The position numbers and the translations under genes are program-made. Positions 22,889-34,685 of a DNA stretch of 41,796 nucleotides are shown here, one piece after another (positions within the stretch are counted from its first letter, which is position 1; the number at the start of each line of letters is the position of its first letter). The notes beneath the pieces are model-generated. The model had not been told where the DNA came from. It ran no database searches and saw only the letters and a list, made by a program, of their open reading frames with translations. Source of the stretch: Octopus bimaculoides (Eukaryota); the NCBI RefSeq assembly GCF_001194135.2, contig NC_069009.1, forward strand, positions 2,730,845 through 2,772,640. The letters run 5' to 3'.

Positions 22889-23430
22889 AAAATGGGATTA
22901 AAAAGTCTTGGCAGATATCAATAAAGCACTTAGTATTAAAAGAATTTGGTTATAAATGTTCAACAATCAGATACCAGTAAATGTAAGTAGAATACATATC
23001 CCAGGTAAATCCTCATGTTTGACAGGTAATCCAAATATCCTTTTGCAGAATTTCAAGAAATTCAGGGTATTTGATTTTAATATCCTTTGAGATATGTGTG
23101 TGTGTGTGTGTGAGTTAATGCAATAGAAACAATTGTCGGCTTAAGGTGCGATCTATAATTGATATCATTTTCTGTGGGTGCATTTTTTGTTTATATATCA
23201 CCAATGGGGAATCAGCTATTATGTCTAGCTGCGGGAATCTGCCACTGGCAAGGCCAAGAAAGGCCAAAATCACATGATCAGGCAGTTCTGGTGGTGGTAG
23301 TAGTGGATAGTTATCACATGCCAGTGATATAAACATAAGTGCTTTTATGCATCACAAGTCCATAGAAGTTCCCTCATGGCAAATAATGCAGTATTCTTTG
23401 TTCTAACACGACATCCACTTCAAATTGGAG

Positions 23431-23924
23431 AAGCACGCAGCACACACTGCAAAGTGGTGGGCATTAGGAAGGGCATCCAGCAATGGAGCCTGGTGCAGCC
23501 CCCTGGTTTTGCCAGTTCTTGTCAAGCTGTTCAACCCATGCCAGCATTGAAAACAAACATTAAATGATGATGATGGTTTTATCTTTTACTGGCTTCAGTC
23601 ATTAGACTGTGGCCATACTGGGGCACCACCTTGAAGAATTTTAGTCAAATGAATCAACCCAAGCACGTTTTTAAAGTACTAGTACTTGTTCTATCAGTCT
23701 CTTTTGCTGAACTGCTAAGTTACAGTGAAGTAAATACACAAATATCAGTTGTCAAGCGAGGTGGGGGATGAACATACACACATATATACAACAGGCTTCT
23801 TTTAGTTTCCATCTACCAAATCCACTCCCGAGGCTATAGTAGAAGACACTTGCCCACAGTGCCACGCAGTGGGACTGAACCCGGAACCATGTGGTTGGTA
23901 AGCAAGCTACTTACCACACAGCCA
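23431..23924. mobile_element. Family B (+, 23431-23575) tail-to-tail with SINE family A (-, 23577-23924)
   Basis: ...taaatgatgatgatg joined to ttttatcttttactggcttcagtc... Confidence 0.8.
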
Positions 23925-24489
23925 CATTTTGTTTAAATTTCTATGATTAATTATATATCATAAAATTATAGATGTAGCGAGAGAGAGAGAAAGAGAGTGA
24001 GTGTGTGTGTGTGTGTTAAAAATGAGTCCTTATCAGGTGGTACTTCACTTCAATGACACTTTGTCAGATGGTGTCAAACAGTATGACTAAGTCAGTAGTC
24101 ACTTTCAATGTGTCTTTCCAGTATAAAAAAACACAGATTGCCTCCCTATTGGTTTAGGATGTTTCCTTGTAATAAGCAATACTGTCCTAAATATGTGAGC
24201 AGTATTATATTGTGGTTTAGGATGTCTTGAGTGTGTTTGTTACAGCAGGAATGTCCCAGATATGTAAGCAGCATTCTAATGTTCTTTAAGATGTTTGTGG
24301 GTGACAACAGCATTGTTCCAGATATATGAACAATATTTTAGTATGGTCTATAGCAATGGTTCTAAAAGTGGGTGGTAGAACGTTCCAAGGGGGCATTAAA
24401 GTGGGGTGATAATGAGAGAGTGATTCATGTAAAAAGTGGGGCAATAATGAGGTGGCGATTCATGTAAAAAGAAAAAAAAATGGGTTCGT

Positions 24490-25351
24490 TACTCTTTTAC
24501 TTATTTCAGTCATTTGACTGTGGCTATGCTGGAGCACCACCTTTAGTCGAGCAAATCAACCCCAGGACTTATTCTATCGGTCTCTTTTGCCGAACCGCTA
24601 AGTAACGGTGACGTAAACATACCAACATCGGTTGTCAAGCGATGTTGGGGGGAAAAACACAGACACACAAACATATACACCCACAGATACATACATACAT
24701 ATATATACAAAAGTTATGAAGTGGAGTNNNNNNNNNNNNNNNNNNNNNNNNNNNNNNNNNNNNNNNNNNNNNNNNNNNNNNNNNNNNNNNNNNNNNNNNN
24801 NNNNNNNNNNNNNNNNNNNNNNNNNNNNNNNNNNNNNNNNNNNNNNNNNNNNNNNNNNNNNNNNNNNNNNNNNNNNNNNNNNNNNNNNNNNNNNNNNNNN
24901 NNNNNNNNNNNNNNNNNNNNNNNNNNNNNNNNNNNNNNNNNNNNNNNNNNNNNNNNNNNNNNNNNNNNNNNNNNNNNNNNNNNNNNNNNNNNNNNNNNNN
25001 NNNNNNNNNNNNNNNNNNNNNNNNNNNNNNNNNNNNNNNNNNNNNNNNNNNNNNNNNNNNNNNNNNNNNNNNNNNNNNNNNNNNNNNNNNNNNNNNNNNN
25101 NNNNNNNNNNNNNNNNNNNNNNNNNNNNNNNNNNNNNNNNNNNNNNNNNNNNNNNNNNNNNNNNNNNNNNNNNNNNNNNNNNNNNNNNNNNNNNNNNNNN
25201 NNNNNNNNNNNNNNNNNNNNNNNNNNNNNNNNNNNNNNNNNNNNNNNNNNNNNNNNNNNNNNNNNNNNNNNNNNNNNNNNNNNNNNNNNNNNNNNNNNNN
25301 NNNNNNNNNNNNNNNNNNNNNNNNNNNNNNNNNNNNNNNNNNNNNNNNNNN

Positions 25352-25398
<47 letters not shown>

Positions 25399-25427
25399 CA
25401 TATATACATATATACATATATATATAT

Positions 25428-25471
<44 letters not shown>

Positions 25472-25513
25472 GACGGGCTTCTTTCAGTTTCCGTCTACCA
25501 AATCCACTCACAA
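24490..25513 (-). mobile_element. SINE family A spanning an assembly gap
   Basis: 3' half at 24490-24700; cgacgggcttctttcagtttccgtctacc resumes at 25470 after the N-run and (AT)n. Confidence 0.75.
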
Positions 25514-26147
25514 GAGTAAAAAAAAAAAGAGTATACAGCCCAAGATATCTGTGTTTGTAACAAGAGTCGTCCCAAATATGTGAGTAGTGCTGTCCGATAT
25601 GAAAGGAGTATCGTAATGTTAGTCTAGAATGTGAGAGAAAGAGAGAGAATGTGAGTGTAACAGCAGCCATGTCTCAGATATATGAACAGCATTGTAATGA
25701 GGTTTAGGAGGTCGGTGTTCCTAACAGTAGGTGTCCCAGATATGTAAAGAATATTGTAATGTAATTATGAAAGTCCGTGTGTTTAACAGAAACACTATTC
25801 TAGATATGTGAGCAGTATTGTGGCATGGTTCAGGATATATCTGCGTATTTGTGACAGAAGGGCTGTCCCCAATATGTAAACAGTACTGTCCCTAATATGA
25901 AAGCAGTATCGTAACATTGGCCTAGGATACAAGTGTGTGTGTATGTGCGTGTTTGTAACAACAGTACTGTCCCAGATACATGAACAGCATTGTGACGTGT
26001 TTAGGATGTCTTCCTGTTCCTGACAGCAGGACTGCTCAAGATATGTAAGCAGTATTGTAATATGATCATGGAAGCCTGCATGTTTAACAGCAACACTATC
26101 CCAGCTAAACCAGCAGTACTGCAATGCAGTTTAGGATGTTAGCTTCT

Positions 26148-26430
26148 CTGCTAGTTCCTCAACAATTACAATGGGATTTTGTTCCACCGGGGTTTGCAGG
26201 ACATTCTCGTCAAGCTCTTAAGATGCCAAATATGCTCTTTTGTCACTTCCTTTATAGCTTTCAAAAAATAACTTAAAATTGAACTGCACTCTTCAAAACT
26301 TGCACTAAGAATAAGGACAAGGTAAAATTACTACTTGCTTTTATAGCAAGTTGATGCAAGTAGTTTATCCCATCCTCCAATTTTTAATTCATGCAACTGA
26401 AAAAAACGCATTATCTATGGGATAACCCAA
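26148..26430 (-). pseudogene. Internally deleted mariner transposon 5' end
   Basis: TIR-like ttgggttatcccata; minus strand encodes EVTKEHIWH (mariner N-terminus like ME.TKEHIRH), then ELDENVLQTPVEQNPIVIVEELAEKL (mariner HTH region). Confidence 0.65.
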
Positions 26431-26587
26431 TGTATGAGCAACATTGGGATCTTTTCCCTTTGGCCGGCATATTTAAAAAATAATTTTCTGTAACTAAACA
26501 CTTTCAAATTTCGTATACTGGNNNNNNNNNNATGCAACTGAAAAAAACGCATTATCTATGGGATAACCCAATGTATGAGCAACATTG

Positions 26588-26834
26588 GGATCTTTTCCCT
26601 TTGGCCGGCATATTTAAAAAATAATTTTCTGTAACTAAACACTTTCAAATTTCGTATACTGGTAGAATGTGTCACATAAAACATCATTTACTCTTGGCAT
26701 TTTTATAAACTTTTCTCAACAACACTAAGAGCAAAAGATGTTTTATATGACACATTCTACCAGTGTCCGAAGTTTGAAAGTGTTTAGCTACGAAAAATTA
26801 ATTTCTCGATGTGCCATTCAAAGGGAAAAGATCT
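26588..26834. mobile_element. Foldback MITE, GGATC-TIR with 8-bp TSD (related to 2574-3146)
   Basis: ~100-bp imperfect inverted arms; TSD CAACATTG at 26580-26587 and 26835-26842; shares aaaagatgttttatatgacacattctaccagtg with 3055-3095. Confidence 0.85.
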
Positions 26835-27247
26835 CAACATTGTGATGTGGTGTAGGCCGTCTGTGTGTTCCCGACAGCAGGACTGTTCCAGATATGTAGG
26901 CAATATTATAATACGGTCATGGAAGCCTTTGTGCTCAACAGCAACACTATCCACAGCTAACAGCATTGTAATGTGACCTAGAATACCTGTGTTCTAACTG
27001 TAGCACTGTCCCAGATATATGAGCAATGTTGTGGTATGGTTGTGGCTGTGTGTGTAACAGCTAAGAGAGCAACATTGTAATGTGGTGTAGGATGTGTGTG
27101 CATTTGCAGCAACAGAACTGTCCCAGATATATGAGCAAGCATTGTGGTATGAATGAGGATGCCTGCATGTTTGTAATAGCAGCATTGTATGAGAAATGTG
27201 GGACAGTAATGTTGCCTATGATGTCTGTATGTCCCAGATATATGAAC

Positions 27248-27555
27248 AGCAGGAGTGGCTGTGCGATAAGTAGCTTGCTTCCCAACCACATGGTTCCGGG
27301 TTCAGTCCCACTGTGTGGCACTCTTCTCCTATAGCTTTCAGCCGACCAAAGCCTTGTGCGTGGATCTGGTACATGGAAACTGAAAGAACCCCATATGTGT
27401 GTGTGTGTGTGTGTGTTTGTCCCCTCGCCATCGCTTGACAACCGATGCTGGCATGTTTATGTCCCCGTATCTTAGCGGTTTGGCAAAAGGGACTGATAGA
27501 ATAAGTACTAAGTAAGCTTACAAAGAATAAGTCCTGGGGGCGATTTGTTCAACTA
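27248..27555 (+). mobile_element. SINE family A
   Basis: gcaggagtggctgtgcgataagtagc...ggttccgggttcagtccc... Confidence 0.85.
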
Positions 27556-28312
27556 ACTGATATGAAAGTAGTACCATAGTATGAGAGAGTGAATGTGAGA
27601 GAGTGAGTGAGTGCGAGTGAGTGTGAATGCGAGTGAGAGTGAATGAAAATGAGTGTAAAAGAGTGAATGCGAATGACTGTGAAAGAGCCAATGTGTGCAA
27701 GTGTGAGGGAATGAATGTATGCGAGTGTGAGAGAGTGAATGAGAGAGTGCAGTCTAGTAAGTGAAACAAGTAAATGATAAAAATGTATTGTAATGCAAGC
27801 CACACATTATCCTTGCAGATGGTCAACAAGTATTTAAGAGGCCCCTAATGAAGAAAGCCTAATCTTTGTGATGTTGTCTTGCATGCTTCTGTACATGAGG
27901 GTAATGAGAGCATCAGATAAAGTACCAGGGTATTTATCCTCAGGTCCGATCAGAGATCTCATCACAGACCGGTGAGACCTGTTACTGGTACCATGGAAAC
28001 CGAAAACTACCTGTTCCATGGCTGAGCGGTTGACAACTAAACTGGCTTCCTTGCTCGAGTTGCTTGGAACTTTTGTGAAGAGAGTGCCTGGATACCTAGC
28101 AGGAGTAAAAACAAGATCTGAAACAAGTAAATGGGCCAACAGCCATCCTGTTGGGGGAAGGCAATGGCACACCACCCCAAGAAAGTCACAACAAAGTATC
28201 ATTATGGATCCATCCGATGGGAGAACTTGTGCGTAATTGGGAAGATTTTCGTTGTAAAGTCATTAACACTTTCAAGGCATACAATACGTGACAAGAATGA
28301 TACAGATATAAT

Positions 28313-28715
28313 TTTTTACTTGTTTCAGTCATTTGTCTCTGACCATGCTGGAGCACTGCCTTTTAGTCAAGCAAATCGACCCCAGGACTTATTCTTTGTA
28401 AGCCTAGTACTTATTCTATTGGCCTCCTTTTGCCGAACTGCTAAGTTACGGGGGACGTAAACACACCAGCATTGGTTGTCAAGCGATGTTGGGGGAACAA
28501 ACACAGATGCACAAACATATACACACACACACATACATATATATACATATATACGACGGGCTTCTTTCAGTTTCCGTCTATCAAATCTACTCACAAGGCT
28601 TTGGTCGGCCCGAGGCTATAGTAGAAGACACTTGCCCAAGGTGCCATGCAGTGGGCCTGAACCCAGAACCATGTGGTTGGGAAGCAAGCTACTTACCACA
28701 CAGCCACTCCTGTGC
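28313..28715 (-). mobile_element. SINE family A, full length
   Basis: Reverse complement of 18208-18580. Confidence 0.9.
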
Positions 28716-28760
28716 CTATATATATATATATAAATAAATATATATATATATACATACATA

Positions 28761-28887
28761 CAGGGTGTCCACAAAGTCTGGGTACATGGGGATTAACACA
28801 TACTTTAAGAAATTATTATTTCTTATACTTAATTGTTTATGTTATGATTTTATTTACTCCATGTACCCAGACCTTGTGGACACCCTG
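28761..28887. mobile_element. Tc1/mariner-superfamily MITE, 127 bp
   Basis: 29-bp TIR CAGGGTGTCCACAA(A/G)GTCTGGGTACATGG (28/29), flanked by TA on both sides. Confidence 0.92.
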
Positions 28888-29527
28888 TATATTATAGAAA
28901 GTGGGGGGGGGGATCTCATCAAAGGCTGGTGAGACCTACTACTGGTATCATGTGAACCAATGCTACCTGTTGCATGATTGAGAGGTTGACCACTAAACTG
29001 GCTTCCCTGTTTGAGTAGATTGCTAGTCTTTGTGAAAAGGGTGTCTGGATACCCGGCAGGACTGAGAACAAGATCTGTTGGAGGATGGATCAGCTTCCCG
29101 TGGGCCAACAGTTATCTTGTTGGGGGAAGGCAATGGTAACCCACCCCAATATCTCTGCAAGAAAACGCTATGAAGAAGTCAAAATGAAGTAATGGTATGG
29201 CTTCATCTGACAGGTAAACTCATGTGCTAAGTCGGGAAGACTTTCATTGTAGTGTCAACAAGACACTGTAAAAGAATATAATACATGACAATTACTACTA
29301 CTACTACTACTACTACTACTCAGGTGAGATCAGTGATCACATCACAGGCCGATGAAACTTGCTACAGGTATCATATGAACCAGTTCTACTTGTTTCATGG
29401 TGAAGTGGTCAGCAACCAAACCAGCTTCTTTCTCCACTTGAGTAGCTTGCTATTCTTGTGAGGAGGGTGTCTGGACATAAAGTAGGATTAAAAACAAATC
29501 TTGTGAAAGGGCAGATTAGCTCCTCAT

Positions 29528-29890
29528 GGGTGGGTGGCTTTATGTTAGGTGTTGAGGGCTTAAAGTATGATAGAAGGGACAGGAACAGGTTTCTTACTGG
29601 AGAGGAGATACATGGCTACCTCACATTATATAAGGGTGGGTGGCTTTGTGTTAGGTGTTGAGAGGTTAAAGTATGATAGAAGGGACAGGAACAGGTTTCT
29701 TGCTGGTGAGGAGATACATGGCTACCTCACATTATATAAGGGTGGGTGGTTTTGTGTTAGGTGTTGAGGGGTTAAAGTATGATAGAAGGGACAGGAACAG
29801 GTTTCTCTCTGGAGAGGAGATACATGGCCACCTAACATTATATAAGGGTGGGTGGTTTTATTTTAGGTGTTGAGAGGTTAAAGTATGATA
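29528..29890. repeat. 106-bp near-perfect tandem repeat, 3.4 copies
   Basis: Units start at 29528, 29634, 29740 and 29846. Confidence 0.95.
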
Positions 29891-30270
29891 TTTCTTCTAA
29901 CATTGCCTCGGCCCCACTGAAGCTTTGTGAGTAGAATTGATAGACAGAAGCTGAAAAAATCCCATCATATGCGTGCGTGCGTTCCTCACCATGGCGGAGG
30001 AAAAGAATACGCACACCACCCGTATTCGGCGTAACCCTAACCCCTAATCCTAAGCACCGAGTGTGCGTATTCTTTACCTTCGCCCCTCACCACTGCTTGA
30101 CAGCCGGTGTTGGTGTGTTTACGTCTCTGTAACATAGCGGTTCGGCAAAGAGACTAACAGAATAAGTACTAGGCTTTAAAAATAAGTCCCGGGGTTGATT
30201 TCTTCGACTAAAACCATTCAAGGCGGTGCTCCAGCATGGCCGCAATCAAGTCACTGAAATCAAAGTGAAA
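29891..30270 (+). mobile_element. 5'-truncated SINE family A carrying a 92-bp MITE
   Basis: Family A body and tail flank the insert. Confidence 0.8.
29993..30084. mobile_element. 92-bp MITE with 24-bp TIR, 9-bp TSD and telomere-like core
   Basis: TIR GGCGGAGGAAAAGAATACGCACAC / GGCGAAGGTAAAGAATACGCACAC (22/24); TSD CCTCACCA(T/C); core taaccctaacccctaatccta. Confidence 0.85.
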
Positions 30271-30274
30271 AAAT

Positions 30275-30322
<48 letters not shown>

Positions 30323-31077
30323 GTGTGTGTGTATTTATATAGATGACGTAAAACAACGGATGTATCCGGAATGACCCGGAAAAAGAAACAGGAAGAAACA
30401 GAAAGAGTAAGAACTACGAGACAAAAAGGGAGAAAGAAATGGTCGAAGGAGGAGGATAAAAAAAGAAAGATATGTGTACATGATGGGGTGAAGGAAGAGA
30501 GATTAAGAGATAAATACGGAGAGGGTGTAAGAGCAAACTAGTCGTAAAGAGACAAAGAAACAGACAGAGCGGTAGGGGGAAACAAAGTAAAATAAGGGGA
30601 GTGAATAAATTAAGAGGAAGAGAAAGATAAAAGGGTAAAAGACTATAAGTGAAGACGAAGGAGGAGGAACAGAGTAAAAAGAATGAGAGAGGGAGTAAGA
30701 AAGGAAAATATACGAGAGGAGTGGTATAAGTAATGAGGAAATGACAAAGAGAAAGACTAAAATGAGAGTGAATAGAAGAGAAGGAAGAAAAAAAGAAATA
30801 AGACAAAGAGATGGGGGGGAGCTAAAAGTTAAAGAATAATGAAAGGAGTTGATGGGAAAAGGAATATAAGACAAGAGAGAGAAATAATAAGGGGTGGTGT
30901 GAAAGACTAAAAGATAAGAGAGGGAGAAGGAAATAAATAAAAAGAGAGAGATTAGTAACTACAATTGCAAGGAGAGAATAGAGAGAGTAAAAGCTAAGAG
31001 GGAGAGCAAACAGAAAGGGTAAAAAGGTAAGAGAGGGGGAAGTATACATTAGCGTATATGCATAGGAGGAAGACAAA

Positions 31078-31505
31078 GTAAAAGATAAGAGAGAGGGGTA
31101 AAAGAGACGGAGAGGTATATAACAGTTTATGAGGGATGGGGAGAAAGACGGTAAAAGATACGAGAGAAGAAAAAGAAAGAGAAAATGACAGGGTAAAAAT
31201 GAGAGAGAGGGGGTAAAAGAGAGACTGAGAAGTGTAGAATAGATTATATAAGGAAGGGGAGGAGAATGACATGGTAAAAGATAAGAGAGAGGGGTGAAAG
31301 AGACGGAGAAGTATATAACAGTTTATGAGGGATGGGGAGAAAGACGGTAAAAGATACGAGAGAAGAAAAAGAATGATGTAAAAGAAAGAGAAAAATGACA
31401 GGGTAAAAATGATAGAGAGGGGGGTAAAAGAGAGACTGAGAAGTGTAGAATAGATTATATAAGGAAGGGGAGGAGAATGACATGGTAAAAGATAAGAGAG
31501 GGGGA
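31078..31505. repeat. ~200-bp purine-rich tandem duplication
   Basis: gtaaaagataagagag units start at 31078, 31274 and 31485. Confidence 0.9.
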
Positions 31506-31972
31506 GTGACTGAAAGGACAGCAGCTGAAGTATGAAGTTTAAAGTACAAAGAAAAAGGATTGGCGAAGAAGGGAGATGGAAGACATTTTGTGCGCCACTG
31601 TTGATAGAAATAAACTAATATATAACAGCCAACAGTGTGTAGGGGCCGTTGAGGTAAAAATAAAGGTCTTGTATATTAACCAGGCGGGATGAAATGATAA
31701 GACATATAGCCTACGAGAGGTTATAATGACTTAAAAATTAAAACGATGTCTCATCAGAATAGCTGTCATGCCTGGTTTTCTTCCGTAATGGCGAGGAGTA
31801 CGGTGGTTAGAGGTGCTAGAAATAACAGCTAAATCGCCCTCAAATCATACACACGCACACACAAAAAAAATAGTTCTCGTTTTTTCATAATCGTTATAAA
31901 TTCGCAAAAATTTTCTGAAACATTCCAAAAAATAATAGAAAAGGGTTTTAAACCAGAATTCCGCCGCAATTT

Positions 31973-32003
<31 letters not shown>

Positions 32004-32129
32004 AAGACTATGTGTGTGTGTGTGTGTGTCTGTCTGTATATATATGTGTGTACATGTACGATTACACACATATATATATACAGACACACACACACACACA
32101 CACGTAGTCTTTTTTAGATTCATACAGAA

Positions 32130-32470
32130 ATTGCCAGCCAGCCACCTTGTCTATTTTACCGACCGGCACAGCATGGTCGGGCAGGATGGTTGACTGAGTG
32201 AATTATTATTACCACCATCATTATTATTATGGTTTTCTTAACGTTTCAAGTCGACAAATTAAGATAGAATAATAGATAATACCTGATGAGATTCGAGGTC
32301 GTAAGGGGCCCTCTTTGCGTATGATTTTAGTTATGTGCGGCCCCACAGATTGTGGTCTCGCAGCAAGTAAGCAAGCAAGCAACCTTGTAAGCCGTTTTAT
32401 AAATATAAAAAAAGGAAGTGAAGGCCGACCTCAACTTTGATTGGAGGCCAATTAATTAATTAGCCTATAA
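32130..32470. promoter_or_regulatory. Second CpG-retaining promoter or first-exon-like segment
   Basis: ATTGG/CCAAT and GGAAGT motifs near 32415-32450; candidate donors cag|gtatta (minus, ~32281) and caa|gtaagc (plus, ~32367). Confidence 0.25.
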
Positions 32471-33042
32471 TAATTAATTACTGTTACGAGAGAAGGATTT
32501 AAATTTCCTTTACTATTTTTTTTTTTATAATACCTATGAGGTTAGATTTTTTTTTAATAAAGAAAAGATTATTATTATTACTGGAATTTTTTTCTTTTTT
32601 TCTTATTGAAACCTGAACGTATCGATGGTGAATCAAGTGAATATGTCTATACGTGTACATAGTTATGTGTGTGTGTGTGCATATACGAATGCATGTGTGT
32701 GAGTACATATGAATGTGTCTTGAGTGCGTGTACGAGAACGCATGTGAATGAGTGCGTGTGGGGTAGGAGCGAGAGAGAAAGATAGTCTTAACACAGAAAC
32801 CCACATAGCTTCTAGGAACTGGCTGATCTTATACTACAGCTATTCATGCCCGACTCGCCTTTATATATCAAGAATGGCATTGTTCAAAGTATCCCTTCCT
32901 CTTGTCACCCTTGCTGTGCCCAATCCGTCAGGCTCTTCACAGCCCTTTATGCCTAGTCCAACTTCACTGGAATGCTGCCTGTGAAAACTCCTTTCCCTAC
33001 ATGTGTCTTTCCTACAGGTGGGGGATTTGTAACAGTTTAAAT

Positions 33043-33201
33043 CATGTATAGGCAACAGTTTTGATGAAGTGGGCCGCATGAGACAAGGTTCAATATCTGG
33101 CGGGCCGCACTACCAAAAAACAAAACAAAGAAACTCGAGATAATTTTTCGTTATGCATGAATTTGCAGACTGTCCCGCGGGCTACATGTTGCCCATGACT
33201 A
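33043..33201. mobile_element. Degenerate hAT-type MITE
   Basis: Ends ...GGCAAC / GTTGCC...; flanks GTTTAAAT and GTTTAAAC (7/8); internal GGGCCGCA repeats typical of Charlie-like elements. Confidence 0.55.
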
Positions 33202-34124
33202 GTTTAAACGAAACATTAACGCGACCAATCTCCACCAGTTTCGGAATTCTTGGAGACCAAAGTTCTTGTATAATGGAATCGTTGATAACTTATCGATTCC
33301 CATCCTGTAATTTCTAAAATATAATTATTAAAAAAACATCAACTCCGTTCTTTTGCGTCATTTCGGACTTTTAATAAGAAATGTAATGAAGATATTGTCC
33401 TGTCTGTACAGGACAATAAAAATTTAGTGGCATACCTGTATAAGAATACCCCTCCCTCTGACGATTTTGTTTCCTCATAACTTTCAGAAAAACTGATATT
33501 TTTTAAAGAAATTTTCCAGAAGTGCACTTCAGATAATGTAGATTCCGATTATATCGAAATTCGATGAGAAAAAATAATATTTCCGTGGGTGGAGAGAAGA
33601 GTTTCGAAAAATTTACTCTGGTCGGTTTTGTTTCCTCAAAACTTTCAGAGAATGTAGATTATGATTATATCAGAATTTAATACGAAAGACAAAAAATTTG
33701 TTGACTTGTACACATACATAATGAGACATAACAATTTTTTCTCGAAATTTCAAGTTTCATTTTGTAGATATTATGTGATATGTGTACGATCTAACGAATT
33801 TTTTCTCTTTTTTTTTTTTCATATAAAATTCCGATATAATCATAATCTACATACTCTGAAAAGTATTTGGAGAAATTTAATTTAAAAATACTCAATTTTC
33901 TGGAAGTTAGGAGGAAACAAAGCCGACGCGTGTGAATTTTCCAAAACCTCTCTCGTCATCCTGCAGAAAAAAAAATTCGCTACAAACTGCAATATAAGAG
34001 AAATCTGCACCACCTGATGCATATTTATAGAAAATTTCATTAAAAAATATCCATTTATCTGGAGGTTATGAAGAAACAAAATCAGACGGGATAGCCCATC
34101 ATGTATGTATGTATATGTGTGTGT

Positions 34125-34430
34125 GAAGGCGCCTGGCTTAGTGGCTAGGGTATTTGGCTAACAATAATAAGGTCGGGAGTTTGTTACTGGACAGCATGTA
34201 GTGTCCTTGAGCAAAACACTTTATTTCATGTTGCTCCAGTACCTGTAATTCAAAAGGGGCCAGCCTTGTCCCATTCGGTGTCACACTGAATCTCCCTGAG
34301 AACTACATTTAAAGTTATGTGTATCTGTAGAATACTCAGCCACTTGCACACTAAAACCACAAGCTGGCTGTTCTGTCGAACAAATCAACTGGAACATTCA
34401 TCAGAGTAATTGATGGAGAGCCAGTACTAT
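34125..34430 (+). mobile_element. SINE with family C head and family E tail
   Basis: gtgaaggcgcctggcttagtggctaggg...ccttgagcaaacacttta...ctgtaattcaaaaggggccagccttgtc...ctgagaactac...atcaactggaac. Confidence 0.75.
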
Positions 34431-34685
34431 CATCAGCATCATTTAACATCTGCTTTCATGCTGGCATAGACTGGACGGTTTGGCAGGAGCTGGCTGGGCA
34501 GAAGACTGCACCAGACATCTGTGTTTGTTTTGGCACCAAACACTATGCAGAGTGGGCGGAGTGCTTTTTACATGACACCAGTACAGGTGGGGTCAGTTTC
34601 AGCATGGTCTTTACTGCTGGATGCCCTTCCAAATCCTAACCACTTTACAGTGTGGACTGGGAACTTTTTACGTGGCACCAGCACT
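34431..34685 (-). mobile_element. Retroposon family B, degenerate
   Basis: gctggatgcccttcc...ttttacgtggcacc is the reverse complement of family B. Confidence 0.7.

Larger units (their letters stand above)
24165..27245. repeat. Degenerate ~60-65-bp minisatellite (blocks 24165-24365, 25540-26140, 26835-27245) interrupted by insertions
   Basis: Unit approximates cagtactgtcccagatatgtgagcagtattgtaatgtggtttaggatgtctgtgtttgtaa. Confidence 0.85.
27953..29527 (+). repeat. Three degenerate copies (27953, 28912, 29328) of a ~340-bp unit with an RTE/Bov-B-like motif
   Basis: gatctcatca...aaactggcttc...ggata; two copies carry gggaaggcaatgg..accacccc, resembling RTE/Sauria gaaggcaatggcaaaccac. Confidence 0.65.

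Noticed and set aside
22668-22889. Plus-strand 73-aa G/A/V-rich ORF
   Set aside because: Antisense shadow of the Penelope-like endonuclease remnant.
26391-26662. Exact 131-bp direct duplication (26391-26521 and 26532-26662)
   Set aside because: The copies are separated only by a 10-N gap and are identical, typical of unmerged overlapping contig ends.
29458-29873. Three similar 66-67-aa ORFs
   Set aside because: Frame-shifted readings of the 106-bp tandem unit, whose length is not a multiple of 3.
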